Shown: in pieces, positions 1 to 11,120 of the stretch
Position numbering within the stretch: the stretch's first letter is position 1
How the letters are laid out: every line of letters starts with the position of its first letter
DNA from: Sphingomonadaceae bacterium
Lineage (GTDB): Bacteria; Pseudomonadota; Alphaproteobacteria; Sphingomonadales; Sphingomonadaceae
DNA: 64,000 bases
Direction: 5' to 3'
Assembly (NCBI GenBank): GCA_947476425.1
Contig: CANJQJ010000013.1
Location: 384-64,383 of the forward strand
Position numbers and translations under genes: made by a program
Notes under the pieces: generated by a model
Told to the model about the DNA's origin: nothing
What the model saw: only the letters and a program-made list of their open reading frames with translations
Databases searched by the model: none

Positions 1-963
1 GCCCGAGCCGTGCGGCAAGCTGTCGGCAAGCTCCTTCCATTCACCCATGGCAGTCGCAACCTGCGTACCCAGCCCGGCCGAGAGCGCGGCGGACAGGGAC
101 CAGTGCTTGGGCAGGTCGGGCCGGCCCTCGATCATCAGGCGCGGTGGCTCGATCCGGCACGACTGGGTATCCTTGCGCGCCGTCCCGGCCAGATCGCCTG
201 CCTGCTCGTCCACCGCAAACATCGCGAGCGCGACGAACGCAGCGCGATTATGCTCGGCGGGTGACAGCGCCGGTTCGGGCAGGGCAAACAATCGTCGCAC
301 CTGCGCCGTGAAATCGGGTTCGGGCTGGCGCCGCTGCGCCGCCGCCATCGCGCAATAGAGCCTCGCAACTGCAGCGGCATCCACGCTCGTCTCGCGAACG
401 CTCGCGATCTGCTCGACGAGGCCGCTATTATCTGGAAGGCTGATGAGCGCCGAAACTTCGGTGCCGTCCACCTTGGTCCGCCGCACCATGTCGTCAAGCG
501 GCGGCAACATCACGCCGCGATAGCGAAGCACACGCCACCCCGCATCGATAATGAAGCGCGACAGCCCGAGCGGCAGCTTCCACAGCCCTACCGTCAATCG
601 CACTGCGGGGAAGCCGTTGCTTTCGCCGCCGGCGGTCGCCACGACGTTGAGCCAGCGGCCCATCGGCAGCGGGTGGCTGGCTTCGAGGCTGATCGTTCCC
701 GATTCCACCCCGGCGGCGACACGAGTCGGCGCGATTACCTGGTTCGCCATCGCAGCCACGCCATCGAGATGCTCGCCGGCGAGCGTCAGCGGAATCGGCG
801 CGCCCGAGGCTCCATGGACGAGCTGGAGCCGCTCAAGCGTCTCCCGGCCAGCACGCACTTCATCGGCATTGGGAGCAGGGCGCTGGGCGAGCCAGGGGCC
901 GGGGCTGGTCAGCGTGAACCATGACAGGCCGACCAGAAGGACGATGAAGACAGCGATCTTCAT
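1..963 (-). CDS. hypothetical membrane-anchored or secreted protein; only the 5' part is in the window (ORF continues past the left edge)
   Basis: Hand translation of the minus strand from the ATG at 961-963 gives 321 codons with no stop down to base 1 (MKIAVFIVLLVGLSWFTLTSPGPWLAQRP...MGEWKELADSLPHGSG). The N-terminus is hydrophobic and third codon positions are GC-rich. It is absent from the supplied ORF track because it has no in-window stop. No family recognised. Confidence 0.55.
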   Translation of the reverse strand, partial: MKIAVFIVLLVGLSWFTLTSPGPWLAQRPAPNADEVRAGRETLERLQLVHGASGAPIPLTLAGEHLDGVAAMANQVIAPTRVAAGVESGTISLEASHPLPMGRWLNVVATAGGESNGFPAVRLTVGLWKLPLGLSRFIIDAGWRVLRYRGVMLPPLDDMVRRTKVDGTEVSALISLPDNSGLVEQIASVRETSVDAAAVARLYCAMAAAQRRQPEPDFTAQVRRLFALPEPALSPAEHNRAAFVALAMFAVDEQAGDLAGTARKDTQSCRIEPPRLMIEGRPDLPKHWSLSAALSAGLGTQVATAMGEWKELADSLPHGSG

Positions 964-1230
964 CCAGGGCCATCCGCGTTCCATTCGTTCGATCCCTGCC
1001 ACGCCCGACCTATCTCTTTCCCGATATGCCCGCACGAAAAGGCCGTGAAACGTAGCGGCCTGATGCCAGCAAGTGGCCTGCCATTCCAGCGTATTTCGTC
1101 AGGACGTTGTCGATCGTGGATCGATCGCGTCGTCAAATATCGGTTCGAACCGCGCATTGCCCGCGCCCCGCCGCGCTGATAGCCTGCCGCCGACGAGCCC
1201 GAAAATCGGCCGTCAAGGGAGATGCTGGTG

Positions 1231-3363
1231 ATGCGCGAGGCGAAATCTTTCTGCCGAATGTGCGGTGCGATGTGCGGAACGATCCTGAAGATGGACGAAA
1301 ATGATCGAATCCTGAGCGTCCACCGCGACCGCGATAATCCGATGTCGAACGGCTATGCCTGCTTCAAGGGCCTGCACGCGGACCAGATGCACAACGGCCC
1401 GGAACGCCTGTTGCATACGATGAAGATGATGCCCGACGGCACCCACCAGCGCATCGATACCGAGCAGGCGCTCGACGAGATCGCAGCAAAGATGCGCGAG
1501 ATCATCGATGCCGATGGTCCCGACGCAATCGCCACCTACACGGGGGCCGGCGCGGTGTTGACCGCGACCGCCTACATGATCTTGCCGATGTTCCGCGCGG
1601 CGCTTGGCACCCGCTCGAACTTCAGCACCGCCACGATCGACCAATCTTCCAAATTCGTCGTCGTCGACCGCCTCGGCGCATGGACGGCGGGCAAACCCGC
1701 TTTGGCCGATTCGGACGTGATCCTGCTGATCGGCACCAATCCGCTGGTCGCACATGCCACCGCCGGCTGCCTCGTCAACGATCCGGTCAAGACTCTGAAG
1801 GCGGCGCGCAAGCGCGGGCTCAAGCTCGTCGTGATCGATCCACGCCGCACGGAATCGGCAAAATTCGCGGACATTTTCCTCCAGCCCTATCCGGGAGAGG
1901 ATCCCACCGTGGTCTCGGGGCTGCTGCGCCTCATCCTCACCGAGGGTTGGGCGGATGATGCGTTCATCGCAAACTGGGTGAAGCCCGGCGGAATCGAGCG
2001 GCTTCGTGAAATGGTCGAGCCGTTCACCCCGGATTATGTCGCCAATCGCGCGGGGATCGACGCCGACGAACTGCGCAGTGCTGCCCGTATGTTTGCGCAG
2101 GGCGGGCGTGGCGCTGCTTTTTCCGGTACCGGCCCCTCGATGTCGCCGCGTCCCAACCTCAGCGAACATCTGGTTGAATTGCTCAACGTCGTCTGCGGTC
2201 GCTATCGCCAGGCGGGCGACCGAATCCACGACATCAACGTGTTCGCACCGCCAAAAACCGTACATGCCGAAGTATTCGCGCCCACGCGCGGTTTCGCACA
2301 GGTACCTCCGGGCCGGATTCGCGGCGCCGGTACGCTGTGGGGCGAAATGATGACGTCGACGCTGCCCGATGAGATCCTCACCCCCGGCGAGGGACAGATC
2401 CGCGCCTTGTTCAATGCCGGTGGTAATCCGGCAAGCTCGTTCCCCGACCAGCGCAAGGTCGTCAAGGCGATGAAGGCAATCGACCTGTCCGTGACGATCG
2501 CGCCGCACATGAACACAAGCGCGCGCCTCTCGCATTATGTCTTCGCGCCCAAGCTCCAATATGAGCGCGCGGACATCCCCATGATTCTCTACGATTTCTC
2601 CTTCTACCCAGTGCCGTGGGGGCAATATACGCCCGAATTGGCGCGGCCCCCCGAGGGGTCGGACCTGATCGACGACTGGTATCTCTTCTGGGGTCTCGCC
2701 AAGCGGCTTGGGCTGCCGCTCGATTATTTCGGCGAATCGATTGAAATGGCAACCGCGCCCACTTCGGACGAACTGCTCGAAATTCGGACGCGGGGTTCGA
2801 TCATCCCGCTCGACGAGATCAAGCAATATCCCGGCGGCAAGGTTTTCGAGCTCGAGCAATATGTCCAGCCGGCGCGTCCCGAGGCGACTGGGCGCTTCGA
2901 TGTCATGCCGGAGGATGTTGCCGAGGATCTCGCCGAAGTCACGGCCGAGCCATTGCCCGTGCGCTCGTCATCGGCACGGGGATTTACGCACTTGCTGCAA
3001 GTACGGCGGTTGCGCGAGACCAATAACAGCACATCGATCATGATCGAGGCCGTCAGGAAGCGAATGCCGTACAACTGGGCCTCGCTTAATCCGAACGATA
3101 TCGCCGCGATGCAGCTTTCGGACGGCGCAAGAGTGAAGATCACTTCGGATCATGGCAGCATTTCCGGGGTGGTGAAGAGCGACGACAGCGTACGCGAAGG
3201 CGTGCTGGTGATGGCGCATTCCTGGGGCGGATTGCCCGACGAAGAAGGCACGGAGGCGGGCTCCAATATCAATCTCCTCATCGATACCGAGACCAATGTC
3301 GAAAAAATCAATGCGATGGCCCGAATGTCAGCGATTCCGGTGAACATCACGCTGAGTGCCTGA
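1231..3363 (+). CDS. molybdopterin-dependent oxidoreductase (MopB/DMSO-reductase superfamily), cytoplasmic, substrate unknown
   Basis: N-terminal Fe-S Cys cluster (CRMCGAMCG...YACFKG), a typical MopB-like body and a C-terminal molybdopterin dinucleotide-binding-like region. No Tat signal. AAGGGAG lies 8 nt upstream of the ATG at 1231, so I prefer that start to 1222. Confidence 0.85.
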   Translation: MREAKSFCRMCGAMCGTILKMDENDRILSVHRDRDNPMSNGYACFKGLHADQMHNGPERLLHTMKMMPDGTHQRIDTEQALDEIAAKMREIIDADGPDAIATYTGAGAVLTATAYMILPMFRAALGTRSNFSTATIDQSSKFVVVDRLGAWTAGKPALADSDVILLIGTNPLVAHATAGCLVNDPVKTLKAARKRGLKLVVIDPRRTESAKFADIFLQPYPGEDPTVVSGLLRLILTEGWADDAFIANWVKPGGIERLREMVEPFTPDYVANRAGIDADELRSAARMFAQGGRGAAFSGTGPSMSPRPNLSEHLVELLNVVCGRYRQAGDRIHDINVFAPPKTVHAEVFAPTRGFAQVPPGRIRGAGTLWGEMMTSTLPDEILTPGEGQIRALFNAGGNPASSFPDQRKVVKAMKAIDLSVTIAPHMNTSARLSHYVFAPKLQYERADIPMILYDFSFYPVPWGQYTPELARPPEGSDLIDDWYLFWGLAKRLGLPLDYFGESIEMATAPTSDELLEIRTRGSIIPLDEIKQYPGGKVFELEQYVQPARPEATGRFDVMPEDVAEDLAEVTAEPLPVRSSSARGFTHLLQVRRLRETNNSTSIMIEAVRKRMPYNWASLNPNDIAAMQLSDGARVKITSDHGSISGVVKSDDSVREGVLVMAHSWGGLPDEEGTEAGSNINLLIDTETNVEKINAMARMSAIPVNITLSA

Positions 3364-3475
3364 CGCATCGACAGGGAAACCAAACCGGGATCGGGGCGTT
3401 CAGACCCTAATCCCGCGCCCCCTGTCGGGATGTCATTCGGCCCGTTTTTCCCTACGCGAGTAGCTCCGCGTTCCT

Positions 3476-3506
3476 GGTTCCGCTCCTTCGGGAGCGGACC
3501 TTTTTT
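3476..3506 (+). terminator. rho-independent terminator downstream of the Mo-oxidoreductase gene
   Basis: ggttccgctcc-ttcg-ggagcggacc hairpin followed directly by TTTTTT. Confidence 0.6.
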
Positions 3507-3610
3507 CGGTACGCATCCGACCTTTTGGCGATCTGAGTGACAACCGACGGCACCGATCGCAAAAATATGCGTTGGTGCGCCCGAGGCGAAGAGCCTCAGG
3601 GAGAAACGAA

Positions 3611-3895
3611 ATGAAGCGTATTACCAGCTTGATGTTGATCGCCGGGGTCGCTGCGATCGCAGTGCTGCCCGGTTGCAAGAAAGCCCAGACTCCAGTGGAG
3701 AATGTAGCCGATGCGGTCGCCAGCAATGCCGACGCCGCAGCGGACCAGATGGACCAGAAGGCTGATCAGATGGACAGCATGGGCAATGACGCGGCCGCCG
3801 AGGCCCTCGAGAACAAGGCCGACGCGACCCGCCAGGCCGGCGAGGACACTAAGGACGCCATGGAAGACGCTGCCGCCAACGCAGCTGGCAAGTGA
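3611..3895 (+). CDS. small acidic Ala/Asp-rich lipoprotein
   Basis: MKRITSLMLIAGVAAIAVLPGC has a signal peptide with a lipobox (LPGC). AGGGAGA lies upstream of the ATG at 3611. The mature part is low-complexity (DQMDQKADQMD). Confidence 0.7.
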   Translation: MKRITSLMLIAGVAAIAVLPGCKKAQTPVENVADAVASNADAAADQMDQKADQMDSMGNDAAAEALENKADATRQAGEDTKDAMEDAAANAAGK

Positions 3896-3901
3896 AACCC
3901 G

Positions 3902-3925
3902 CCCCCTCCCGCGAGCGGGAGGGGG
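3902..3925. terminator. GC hairpin between convergent genes (possible bidirectional terminator)
   Basis: ccccctcccg-cgag-cgggaggggg forms a 10-bp perfect stem between the lipoprotein stop (3895) and the hutC stop (3933). Confidence 0.5.
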
Positions 3926-3932
3926 ATCTGTT

Positions 3933-4604
3933 TCAGCGGCGCGAGCCGAATTCCGCGGTCAGGTCGTAGCGGTCACCCGGAAAAACCTGCCGCACATATG
4001 TAACTAAAGCGCCGGCCCGCCATGTCCAACGCTCGAGTTGGAGGCATGCAACGCCGATAGGCATGCCCAAGGCTGTTGCTTGCGCGCGATCCGCCGCGAT
4101 AGCGCGAATACGGTGCCTTGCGTCGCTCCATGGAACATGACCAAGCAACCAGCTACCGGGAGCCTCGGTCTCGAAATCCGCTGTTGCGGCTTCGGGCACC
4201 GTGGAAACATCGATAAGTCGACGCTCCAGCGCAAGCGGTGCTCCATCGGCATGGTGGATACCTTCTACCCGGAGCAATGGTCCAGATTGGACTTCGACCA
4301 TCTCTTCCGGCGCGGCAGTAGCGCATGCGGTCCGCTCCCAGCGATATCCTTCCAGCCTTGCGAGATCGGGAATGTCGAGCAGAGCGGCATGGACCTGCGG
4401 ATGGGCAACGAACGAGCCTGCCTTGCGGCGCCGTTCGATCAGGCCCGCAGCAACCAGCGCGGACAGGGCTTTGCTGACGGTCGCGCGCGCGCAGCCAAAC
4501 TCCGCGACCAGTTCGTGCTCGAACGGGATCCGGTATCCCGGCCGCCATTCGCCCGATCGGATACGCGCCTCGATCGCATCCCTGATCCGCTTGTCGAGGG
4601 TCAT
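3933..4604 (-). CDS. hutC: GntR/HutC-family histidine utilization repressor
   Basis: N-terminal GntR winged HTH (RIPFEHELVAEFGCARATVSKALSALVAAGLIERRRKAGSFVA) plus a UTRA-like C-terminus. Located in the hut locus. The MTLDK start overlaps the hutF stop (ATGA). Confidence 0.85.
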   Translation of the reverse strand: MTLDKRIRDAIEARIRSGEWRPGYRIPFEHELVAEFGCARATVSKALSALVAAGLIERRRKAGSFVAHPQVHAALLDIPDLARLEGYRWERTACATAAPEEMVEVQSGPLLRVEGIHHADGAPLALERRLIDVSTVPEAATADFETEAPGSWLLGHVPWSDARHRIRAIAADRAQATALGMPIGVACLQLERWTWRAGALVTYVRQVFPGDRYDLTAEFGSRR

Positions 4605-5908
4605 GTCAGGATCTTCGCAAGCGTCCGGCGATAACGCCCGGCGATGTCCGCGCGATGCATATGTCGTCCGCCCTCGACATATTTGCGCCCGCCCCGCCAG
4701 ACGCAATCGATCGCATCTGCACGGGTCGCGAATATCCAGGAATCGAGCAGCATATCGCGCTCACGCGCGGCAAGTGCGGGATGGCAAGCATCGAGCGAAA
4801 AGATATCGGCCGGCCCACCGATGCGCAGCCCACTTGCTTGGCCAAGCGCGCGGGCGCCGCCGTCCAAAGCGCGATGAAACAACCTCGGCACAAGCATACG
4901 GCGGCGGTGATGCAGCCGCTGGACATATTCAATGGACCGCAGTTCGCCTGCCGCATCGATCAGGATATTGGAATCAGTGCCGATGCCGAACGCCCCCTCA
5001 TGACGCGCGGCGGGGAAAATGCCGTCGCCGAGATTGGCCTCGGTCGACGGGCACAGCCCTACAACCGCGCCGCTGCGAGAAAGCCCATCGGATTCGGGAT
5101 CGGTAACATGGGTGGCATGGACGACGCACCAGCATGAATTTACCGGCGCGTGATCGAGAAGCCAATCAACGGGCCGCTGTCCGCTCCAGGCAACGCAGGC
5201 CTCGACCTCGCGGACCTGCTCCGACGCATGAATGTGGATCGGCCCGTCGCCAGCAAGCGGGAGGATTGCCACAAGCTCTTCCGGCGTCACCGCGCGCAGC
5301 GAATGCGGGGCGATACCGATATTCGCATCTTCGGGAAGCTTCGCGCGGCTCGCCTCGAAAAGACGCGCAAAGCCATCGACATCGGACATGAATCGGTGCT
5401 GGCCCTCAGTTGCGGGTGCGCCGCCGAAATCACCATGGGCGTAGAAGACCGGAAGCAAGGTCAGCCCGATCCCGCTTTCCCCGGCCGCAGCCACAATGCT
5501 CCCAGCCGTTTCAGCCGGATCGGCATATCGATGCCCATCGATATCGTTGTGGAGATAATGGAACTCGCCAACGCGCGTGAACCCGCTCTCAAGCATTTCA
5601 GCATAGGCCAATGCGGCGATCGTCGCGATATCATCCGGATCGAGCCGCTCCAGGAAACGGTACATCACGTCGCGCCATTGCCAGAAATCATCGCCTGGGC
5701 GTCCACGACCCTCGGCCAATCCTGCCATGCCTCGCTGGAACGCATGGCTGTGGACGTTGCAAAGCCCGGGAATGGCGATGGCGTGGCGTTCGTCACCGGC
5801 TTGGGGCGGGGCTGTATCAATCGATGATATTCGGCCGTCCGCGATTCCTAGCCGGACATTGGCAGCCCAGCCTTCAGGCAGCAGCGCGGTTTCGAACCAG
5901 AGGTGCAT
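4601..5908 (-). CDS. hutF: formimidoylglutamate deiminase
   Basis: MHLWFETALLPEGWAANVR...PGLCNVHSHAFQRGMAGLAE and the rest of the sequence are collinear with my recollection of Pseudomonas HutF (amidohydrolase superfamily). The start is taken at Met16 of the tracked ORF. Confidence 0.85.
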   Translation of the reverse strand: MHLWFETALLPEGWAANVRLGIADGRISSIDTAPPQAGDERHAIAIPGLCNVHSHAFQRGMAGLAEGRGRPGDDFWQWRDVMYRFLERLDPDDIATIAALAYAEMLESGFTRVGEFHYLHNDIDGHRYADPAETAGSIVAAAGESGIGLTLLPVFYAHGDFGGAPATEGQHRFMSDVDGFARLFEASRAKLPEDANIGIAPHSLRAVTPEELVAILPLAGDGPIHIHASEQVREVEACVAWSGQRPVDWLLDHAPVNSCWCVVHATHVTDPESDGLSRSGAVVGLCPSTEANLGDGIFPAARHEGAFGIGTDSNILIDAAGELRSIEYVQRLHHRRRMLVPRLFHRALDGGARALGQASGLRIGGPADIFSLDACHPALAARERDMLLDSWIFATRADAIDCVWRGGRKYVEGGRHMHRADIAGRYRRTLAKILT

Positions 5909-5926
5909 GACGAATTGGTGCCATAT

Positions 5927-5940
5927 TATGTCTAGACATA
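5927..5940. promoter_or_regulatory. putative HutC operator (perfect 14-bp palindrome) in the hutF / hutI divergent spacer
   Basis: tatgtctagacata is its own reverse complement. It lies in the 47-bp spacer between the hutF start (5908) and the hutI start (5956). HutC/GntR operators are short palindromes of the GT-N-TA-N-AC type. Confidence 0.5.
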
Positions 5941-5955
5941 AAAGTAGAATCATTC

Positions 5956-7134
5956 ATGCTGAGCGCCATGGACCGACTCTGGATAAACGGGCGGCTTGCA
6001 ACGATGACGAGCGACGATCTCGGCATCGAGGAGGACGGAGTCGTCGCATGCTGCGCTGGACGAATCGTATATGCTGGAGCGGCGGCAAACGGGCCATCGG
6101 ACGCCAGGGAGGTCATCGACTGCGAAGGTCGCTGGATCACGCCGGGGTTGATCGATTGCCACACCCACCTCATCCATGCCGGCAATCGGGCGAACGAGTT
6201 CGCGCAGCGGTTGGCAGGCGCGAGCTATGCCGAAATTGCTCGCGCCGGTGGGGGCATCCTCTCGACAATGCGCGCCACGCGCGCGGCAAGTGAAGAAGAG
6301 CTGATCGAACAGGGCCTTCCCCGCCTCGACGCGTTGATCGCGGAGGGGGTAACCACGGTTGAAATCAAATCTGGTTATGGGCTTGAACTGGAATCCGAGC
6401 TGAAAATGCTCCGGGCCGCTCGGGCACTGTCGGAACGACGTCCCATTTCGGTGACTACCACCTTCCTCGGAGCTCATATGGTCCCGCCCGGGCAGGATCC
6501 CGATGACTATCTGGACAGCGTGATCGCAATGCTGCCCGAAATCCTGCCTTATGCCGATGCGGTCGATGCATTTTGCGAGACGATTGCCTTCAGCGCCGCG
6601 CAAGTCGATCGCCTGTTTGCCGCATCGCCCCTGCCCGTAAAGCTCCATGCCGAACAGCTTTCAAACAACGGGGGCACCCTGATAGCCGGACGGCATAACG
6701 CGCTCTCGGCCGACCATCTCGAATATCTCGACGAAACGGGAATCGCGGCGATGGCGGCAGCGCGCACAGTCGCGGTGCTGCTGCCGGGCGCGTATTACTT
6801 CACGCGCGAAACTCGCAAACCGCCGGTTGAGGCGCTCCATGCCGCGGGCGTACCGATCGCGATCGCCACCGACTGCAATCCCGGCACCGCCCCGCTCACC
6901 TCGCTGCTGCTCGTCATGAACATGGCCGCCACATTATTCGGGCTTTCGATCGAGCAGTGCCTGATCGGCGTCACCCGCAACGCCGCTCGCGCACTGGGAC
7001 GGGCGGACGAAATCGGCACGCTCGAGGGCGGCAAGTCGTGCGATCTCGCCATCTGGAACATCGATCACCCTGCAGAACTCGTCTACCGCATTGGCTTCAA
7101 CCCGCTCCACGCACGCATCTGGAGGGGGCAATGA
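5956..7134 (+). CDS. hutI: imidazolonepropionase
   Basis: [13 protein letters not shown] metal-binding motif, amidohydrolase fold, hut context. The stop overlaps the hutH start (ATGA). Confidence 0.9.
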   Translation: MLSAMDRLWINGRLATMTSDDLGIEEDGVVACCAGRIVYAGAAANGPSDAREVIDCEGRWITPGLIDCHTHLIHAGNRANEFAQRLAGASYAEIARAGGGILSTMRATRAASEEELIEQGLPRLDALIAEGVTTVEIKSGYGLELESELKMLRAARALSERRPISVTTTFLGAHMVPPGQDPDDYLDSVIAMLPEILPYADAVDAFCETIAFSAAQVDRLFAASPLPVKLHAEQLSNNGGTLIAGRHNALSADHLEYLDETGIAAMAAARTVAVLLPGAYYFTRETRKPPVEALHAAGVPIAIATDCNPGTAPLTSLLLVMNMAATLFGLSIEQCLIGVTRNAARALGRADEIGTLEGGKSCDLAIWNIDHPAELVYRIGFNPLHARIWRGQ

Positions 7135-8576
7135 TCCCCGGCGCCGTCCCACTCGCCACCTGGCGCTCCATCTATCGCGGCGCGCCTGTCACGCTCGATG
7201 ATAGCGCCCGACCCGCCATTGCTTCGAGCGCCGCGGCGGTCGAACGCATCCTGGCGCGACATGAGCCGGTCTATGGCATCAACACCGGATTCGGAAAGCT
7301 TGCCAGCGTGCGCATCGGCGATTGCGATCTCGCGAAGCTGCAACGCAATCTCGTGCTCAGCCACGCCGCGGGGGTCGGCGAGCCCAGCCCCACTGCCGTG
7401 GTCCGACTGATGATGGCGTTGAAACTCGCCAGCCTCGGACAGGGCGCCTCCGGCGTGCGTCCCGAAACCGTGGCGCGACTGGAAACGATGCTGGCAGACG
7501 AGATCGTGCCGATCATTCCTTCGCAGGGCTCAGTCGGTGCATCGGGCGATCTCGCGCCCCTCGCCCATCTGGCGGCGGCGATGATTGCCGATGGCGACCT
7601 CGTGCTCGGCCCCAAGGAGGGCCTGGCGCTTCTCAACGGGACGCAGTTTTCGACCGCCTTCGCTCTTGCCGGCCTGTTCGAGGCCGAACGCCTGTTCCAG
7701 GCGGCGCTGGTAACGGGGGCACTATCGACCGAGGCAGCAAAAGGATCCGACACCCCGTTCGATCCCCGCATCCACGCGCTGCGCCGCCACCAGGGACAGA
7801 TCGAAACGGCCGACGCCTTGCGCAGCCTGATGGCGGGCTCGGAAATTCGCGCCAGCCACGCCTCAAACGATGCAAGGGTACAGGATCCCTACTGCCTGCG
7901 CTGCCAGCCGCAGGTGATGGGCGCCTGCCTCGACATCCTCCGCCAGGCGGCGAGGACACTGGAAACCGAAGCGAATGGTGTTTCGGACAACCCGCTGATA
8001 TTCCCCGACACCGACGAAGCGCTTTCTGGAGGCAATTTCCATGCCGAGCCGGTTGCGTTCGCCGCAGACATGATTGCACTCGCCCTGTGCGAAATAGGAT
8101 CAATCGCGGAGCGTCGCCTGGCGATGCTGATCGATCCTGCGCTTTCGGGCTTGCCGGCATTCCTGACACCACACCCCGGGCTCAATTCAGGCTTCATGAT
8201 CGCGCAGGTCACCGCTGCTGCACTCGTTTCCGAGAACAAACAGCGCGCCTATCCCGCAAGCGTCGATTCAATCCCGACATCCGCCAATCAGGAGGATCAC
8301 GTATCAATGGCGGCGCACGGAGCGCGGCGCCTGCTCCCGATGGCCGAAAATCTGGCACACGTGCTCGGCATCGAACTTCTCGCGGCAGCACAGGGCTGCG
8401 ATTTCCATGCACCGCTGCGTTCAAGCGCCCCGCTCGAAACCGTGCGAAATCTCCTGCGGTCAAAGGTGCCGACACTGGACGACGATCGCTATTTCGCGCC
8501 CGACATCATCGCGGCCAAAGCGCTGCTTCCGTCGGTCACCGTCGTGGCCAGCCTGCCCGGCGTGACGGGCGCTTGA
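7131..8576 (+). CDS. hutH: histidine ammonia-lyase
   Basis: [14 protein letters not shown] contains the Ala-Ser-Gly MIO-forming triad. The start is taken at MIPGAV (7131), which overlaps the hutI stop. The longer tracked ORF from 6957 is a hutI-overlapping extension. Confidence 0.9.
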   Translation: MIPGAVPLATWRSIYRGAPVTLDDSARPAIASSAAAVERILARHEPVYGINTGFGKLASVRIGDCDLAKLQRNLVLSHAAGVGEPSPTAVVRLMMALKLASLGQGASGVRPETVARLETMLADEIVPIIPSQGSVGASGDLAPLAHLAAAMIADGDLVLGPKEGLALLNGTQFSTAFALAGLFEAERLFQAALVTGALSTEAAKGSDTPFDPRIHALRRHQGQIETADALRSLMAGSEIRASHASNDARVQDPYCLRCQPQVMGACLDILRQAARTLETEANGVSDNPLIFPDTDEALSGGNFHAEPVAFAADMIALALCEIGSIAERRLAMLIDPALSGLPAFLTPHPGLNSGFMIAQVTAAALVSENKQRAYPASVDSIPTSANQEDHVSMAAHGARRLLPMAENLAHVLGIELLAAAQGCDFHAPLRSSAPLETVRNLLRSKVPTLDDDRYFAPDIIAAKALLPSVTVVASLPGVTGA

Positions 8577-8577
8577 A

Positions 8578-9348
8578 ATGACCGACTGGCTCCATATCCA
8601 GCGAAGCAACACGCCGCTGATCGTCAGCGTTCCCCACGCCGGCACGCAACTGCCTCAAGCCTGGGCGACTGGATTGCTGCGCCCCCTTGCCTTGCACGAC
8701 ACCGACTGGTTCGTCGATCGCCTCTATGCCGACGCTCCCGCGACAATCATCCGCACGTCGATCTCCCGCAGCATCATCGACGTCAATCGGGATCCCTCGG
8801 GCGCGTCGCTATATCCCGGGCAAGTGACCACCGGACTTTGTCCGGAGACGACGTTCGCTGGCGAACCACTTTACGGACCCGATGCGGAAATAGACGTCCC
8901 AGCGCGCCGCACCGCGTTCTTCGATCCCTATCATGCGGCACTCAAGGCGGAGATTTCCCGCCTCCGCGCATTGCATCCGGTGATCGTCCTATATGATGCG
9001 CACTCCATCCTGAGCCGGGCGCCGCGCCTGTTTGACGGCGTCTTGCCGCAGTTCAATATCGGGACCTACGACGGCATCGCCTGCGATCCGGCGCTGGGTC
9101 GAACAGTCGCCGAATGCTGCGGCACCGATCATGTGATCGACGGACGTTTCAAGGGCGGCTGGATCACGCGTCATTACGGAAATCCACAAAACGGCGTTCA
9201 TGCAATCCAGATGGAGTTGGCAATGCGTGGCTATTGCGACGAGGCCATCGAACCGCCCCAATGGCATCCACAACGTGCAGCAATGTTGCAGCATAAACTG
9301 CAGCAAGTCCTTTCCCTCTGTCTCGATTTTGCGAAAGTCCGGGCATGA
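8578..9348 (+). CDS. hutG: N-formylglutamate deformylase (amidohydrolase)
   Basis: FGase family pattern ([10 protein letters not shown]..., [13 protein letters not shown]). Sits between hutH and hutU. Together with hutF this indicates the five-step hut pathway. Confidence 0.85.
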   Translation: MTDWLHIQRSNTPLIVSVPHAGTQLPQAWATGLLRPLALHDTDWFVDRLYADAPATIIRTSISRSIIDVNRDPSGASLYPGQVTTGLCPETTFAGEPLYGPDAEIDVPARRTAFFDPYHAALKAEISRLRALHPVIVLYDAHSILSRAPRLFDGVLPQFNIGTYDGIACDPALGRTVAECCGTDHVIDGRFKGGWITRHYGNPQNGVHAIQMELAMRGYCDEAIEPPQWHPQRAAMLQHKLQQVLSLCLDFAKVRA

Positions 9349-11006
9349 ACGACCGCATCATCCGCGCGCCGCGCGGCGCCGAACGCAGCGCAAAAAGCTG
9401 GCTCACCGAAGCGCCGCTGCGCATGCTGATGAACAATCTCGATCCCGAGGTGGCGGAAAATCCGCAGGAGCTCGTGGTGTATGGCGGTATCGGCCGGGCC
9501 GCGCGCGATTGGGCGAGCTTCGATCGAATCGTCGAGGTCCTCCGGCGCCTGGAGGATGACGAAACGCTGCTGGTGCAATCGGGCAAGCCGGTCGGCGTAT
9601 TTCGTACGCATCTCGATGCGCCGCGCGTGCTGATCGCCAATTCCAACCTCGTGCCGCATTGGGCAACGTGGGAGCATTTCCATGCGCTCGATCGCAAGGG
9701 ATTGATGATGTACGGCCAGATGACTGCCGGCAGTTGGATCTACATCGGCAGCCAGGGCATCGTACAGGGCACTTACGAGACGTTCGTCGAAATGGGCCGC
9801 CAGCATTACGGAAGCGATCTTGCCGGGCGCTGGATCCTGACGGCGGGGCTTGGCGGAATGGGCGGTGCACAGCCGCTCGCGGCCACCATGGCCGGCGCCT
9901 CCTGTCTCGCGATCGAATGCCAGCCGAGCCGGATCGAGATGCGGCTAAGCACCGGCTATCTCGATCGCGCCACCACTGATCTGGATGAGGCGCTATCGAT
10001 TGTCACCGACGCGAAGAACCCGGTCTCGGTCGGGCTGCTCGGCAATGCTGCCGAGATACTGCCCGAACTTGTTCGTCGCGGCGTACGGCCCGACGCGGTT
10101 ACGGACCAGACCTCGGCGCATGATCCGCGCAATGGCTATCTTCCCGTCGGCTGGACGCTTCAGCAATGGCAGGCGACGCGCGAAACCGATCCGGCCTCAG
10201 TCGAAGCCGCCGCACGCGCCTCGATGGCGGTGCATGTCCAAGCGATGCTGGATTTCTGGAAAATGGGCGTTCCCACTTTCGACTACGGCAATAATATCCG
10301 CCAGGTCGCAAGCGATGAAGGCGTTGTAGACGCATTCGATTTTCCCGGTTTCGTGCCCGCCTATATCCGTCCGCTCTTCTGTCGGGGCATCGGGCCATTT
10401 CGCTGGGTGGCGCTGTCCGGCGATCCCGAGGATATCTACCGCACCGACGCGAAAGTGAAGGCGTTGCTCCCCGACGACCATCACCTCCACCACTGGCTCG
10501 ACATGGCGCGCGATCGGATCCGTTTCCAGGGACTGCCGGCGCGGATTTGCTGGGTTGGCCTCGGCGATCGCCACCGGCTCGGCCTCGCCTTCAACGAGAT
10601 GGTCGCTTCGGGGGAACTCAAGGCGCCGGTGGTCATCGGGCGCGATCATCTGGATTCGGGTTCGGTCGCCAGCCCCAACCGCGAGACCGAGGCGATGCTC
10701 GACGGCTCCGACGCAGTGTCCGACTGGCCGCTCCTCAACGCCCTGCTCAGCACGGCGGGCGGTGCCACCTGGGTTTCGATCCATCACGGCGGCGGGGTCG
10801 GCATGGGATTTTCGCAACATGCTGGCATGGTCATCGTCGCGGACGGCACTGACGCCGCAGCGCGACGCATCGAGCGTGTGTTGTGGAACGATCCGGCGTC
10901 AGGGGTAATGCGCCATGCCGACGCGGGTTATCCGGCAGCAGTAGAATGCGCTCGCGACAATTTACTGGACTTGCCATCGATTCGATCGGGCCGCGATGAA
11001 ACCTGA
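9345..11006 (+). CDS. hutU: urocanate hydratase
   Basis: Classic urocanase N-terminus ([51 protein letters not shown]), 553 aa. The start overlaps the hutG stop (ATGA). Confidence 0.92.
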   Translation: MNDRIIRAPRGAERSAKSWLTEAPLRMLMNNLDPEVAENPQELVVYGGIGRAARDWASFDRIVEVLRRLEDDETLLVQSGKPVGVFRTHLDAPRVLIANSNLVPHWATWEHFHALDRKGLMMYGQMTAGSWIYIGSQGIVQGTYETFVEMGRQHYGSDLAGRWILTAGLGGMGGAQPLAATMAGASCLAIECQPSRIEMRLSTGYLDRATTDLDEALSIVTDAKNPVSVGLLGNAAEILPELVRRGVRPDAVTDQTSAHDPRNGYLPVGWTLQQWQATRETDPASVEAAARASMAVHVQAMLDFWKMGVPTFDYGNNIRQVASDEGVVDAFDFPGFVPAYIRPLFCRGIGPFRWVALSGDPEDIYRTDAKVKALLPDDHHLHHWLDMARDRIRFQGLPARICWVGLGDRHRLGLAFNEMVASGELKAPVVIGRDHLDSGSVASPNRETEAMLDGSDAVSDWPLLNALLSTAGGATWVSIHHGGGVGMGFSQHAGMVIVADGTDAAARRIERVLWNDPASGVMRHADAGYPAAVECARDNLLDLPSIRSGRDET

Positions 11007-11120
11007 ATTGTCGGAGTGAAACGCGCCCATGTGCGCAGCGTCAAAATAAAACCCTTCAACCGCCGTTGACGCCCGCGCGGGCCCGTGATTTGAAACGTCG
11101 ACAGAACATAGGAGAGGGAC

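Noticed and set aside
1049-1230. Possible Moco riboswitch or other leader upstream of the molybdoenzyme gene
   Set aside because: I could not recognise the conserved Moco-motif elements by eye. I make no claim without a covariance-model scan.
1213-2859. 548-aa ORF antisense to the molybdopterin oxidoreductase gene
   Set aside because: It is a typical high-GC shadow ORF with Arg/Gly/Ala-rich low-complexity translation and no recognisable motifs. The plus-strand gene has clear family signatures.
7322-8581. 419-aa alternative-frame ORF within hutH
   Set aside because: It lies on the same strand but out of frame with a gene carrying the ASG MIO motif. Its translation is extremely Arg/Gly/Pro-rich.
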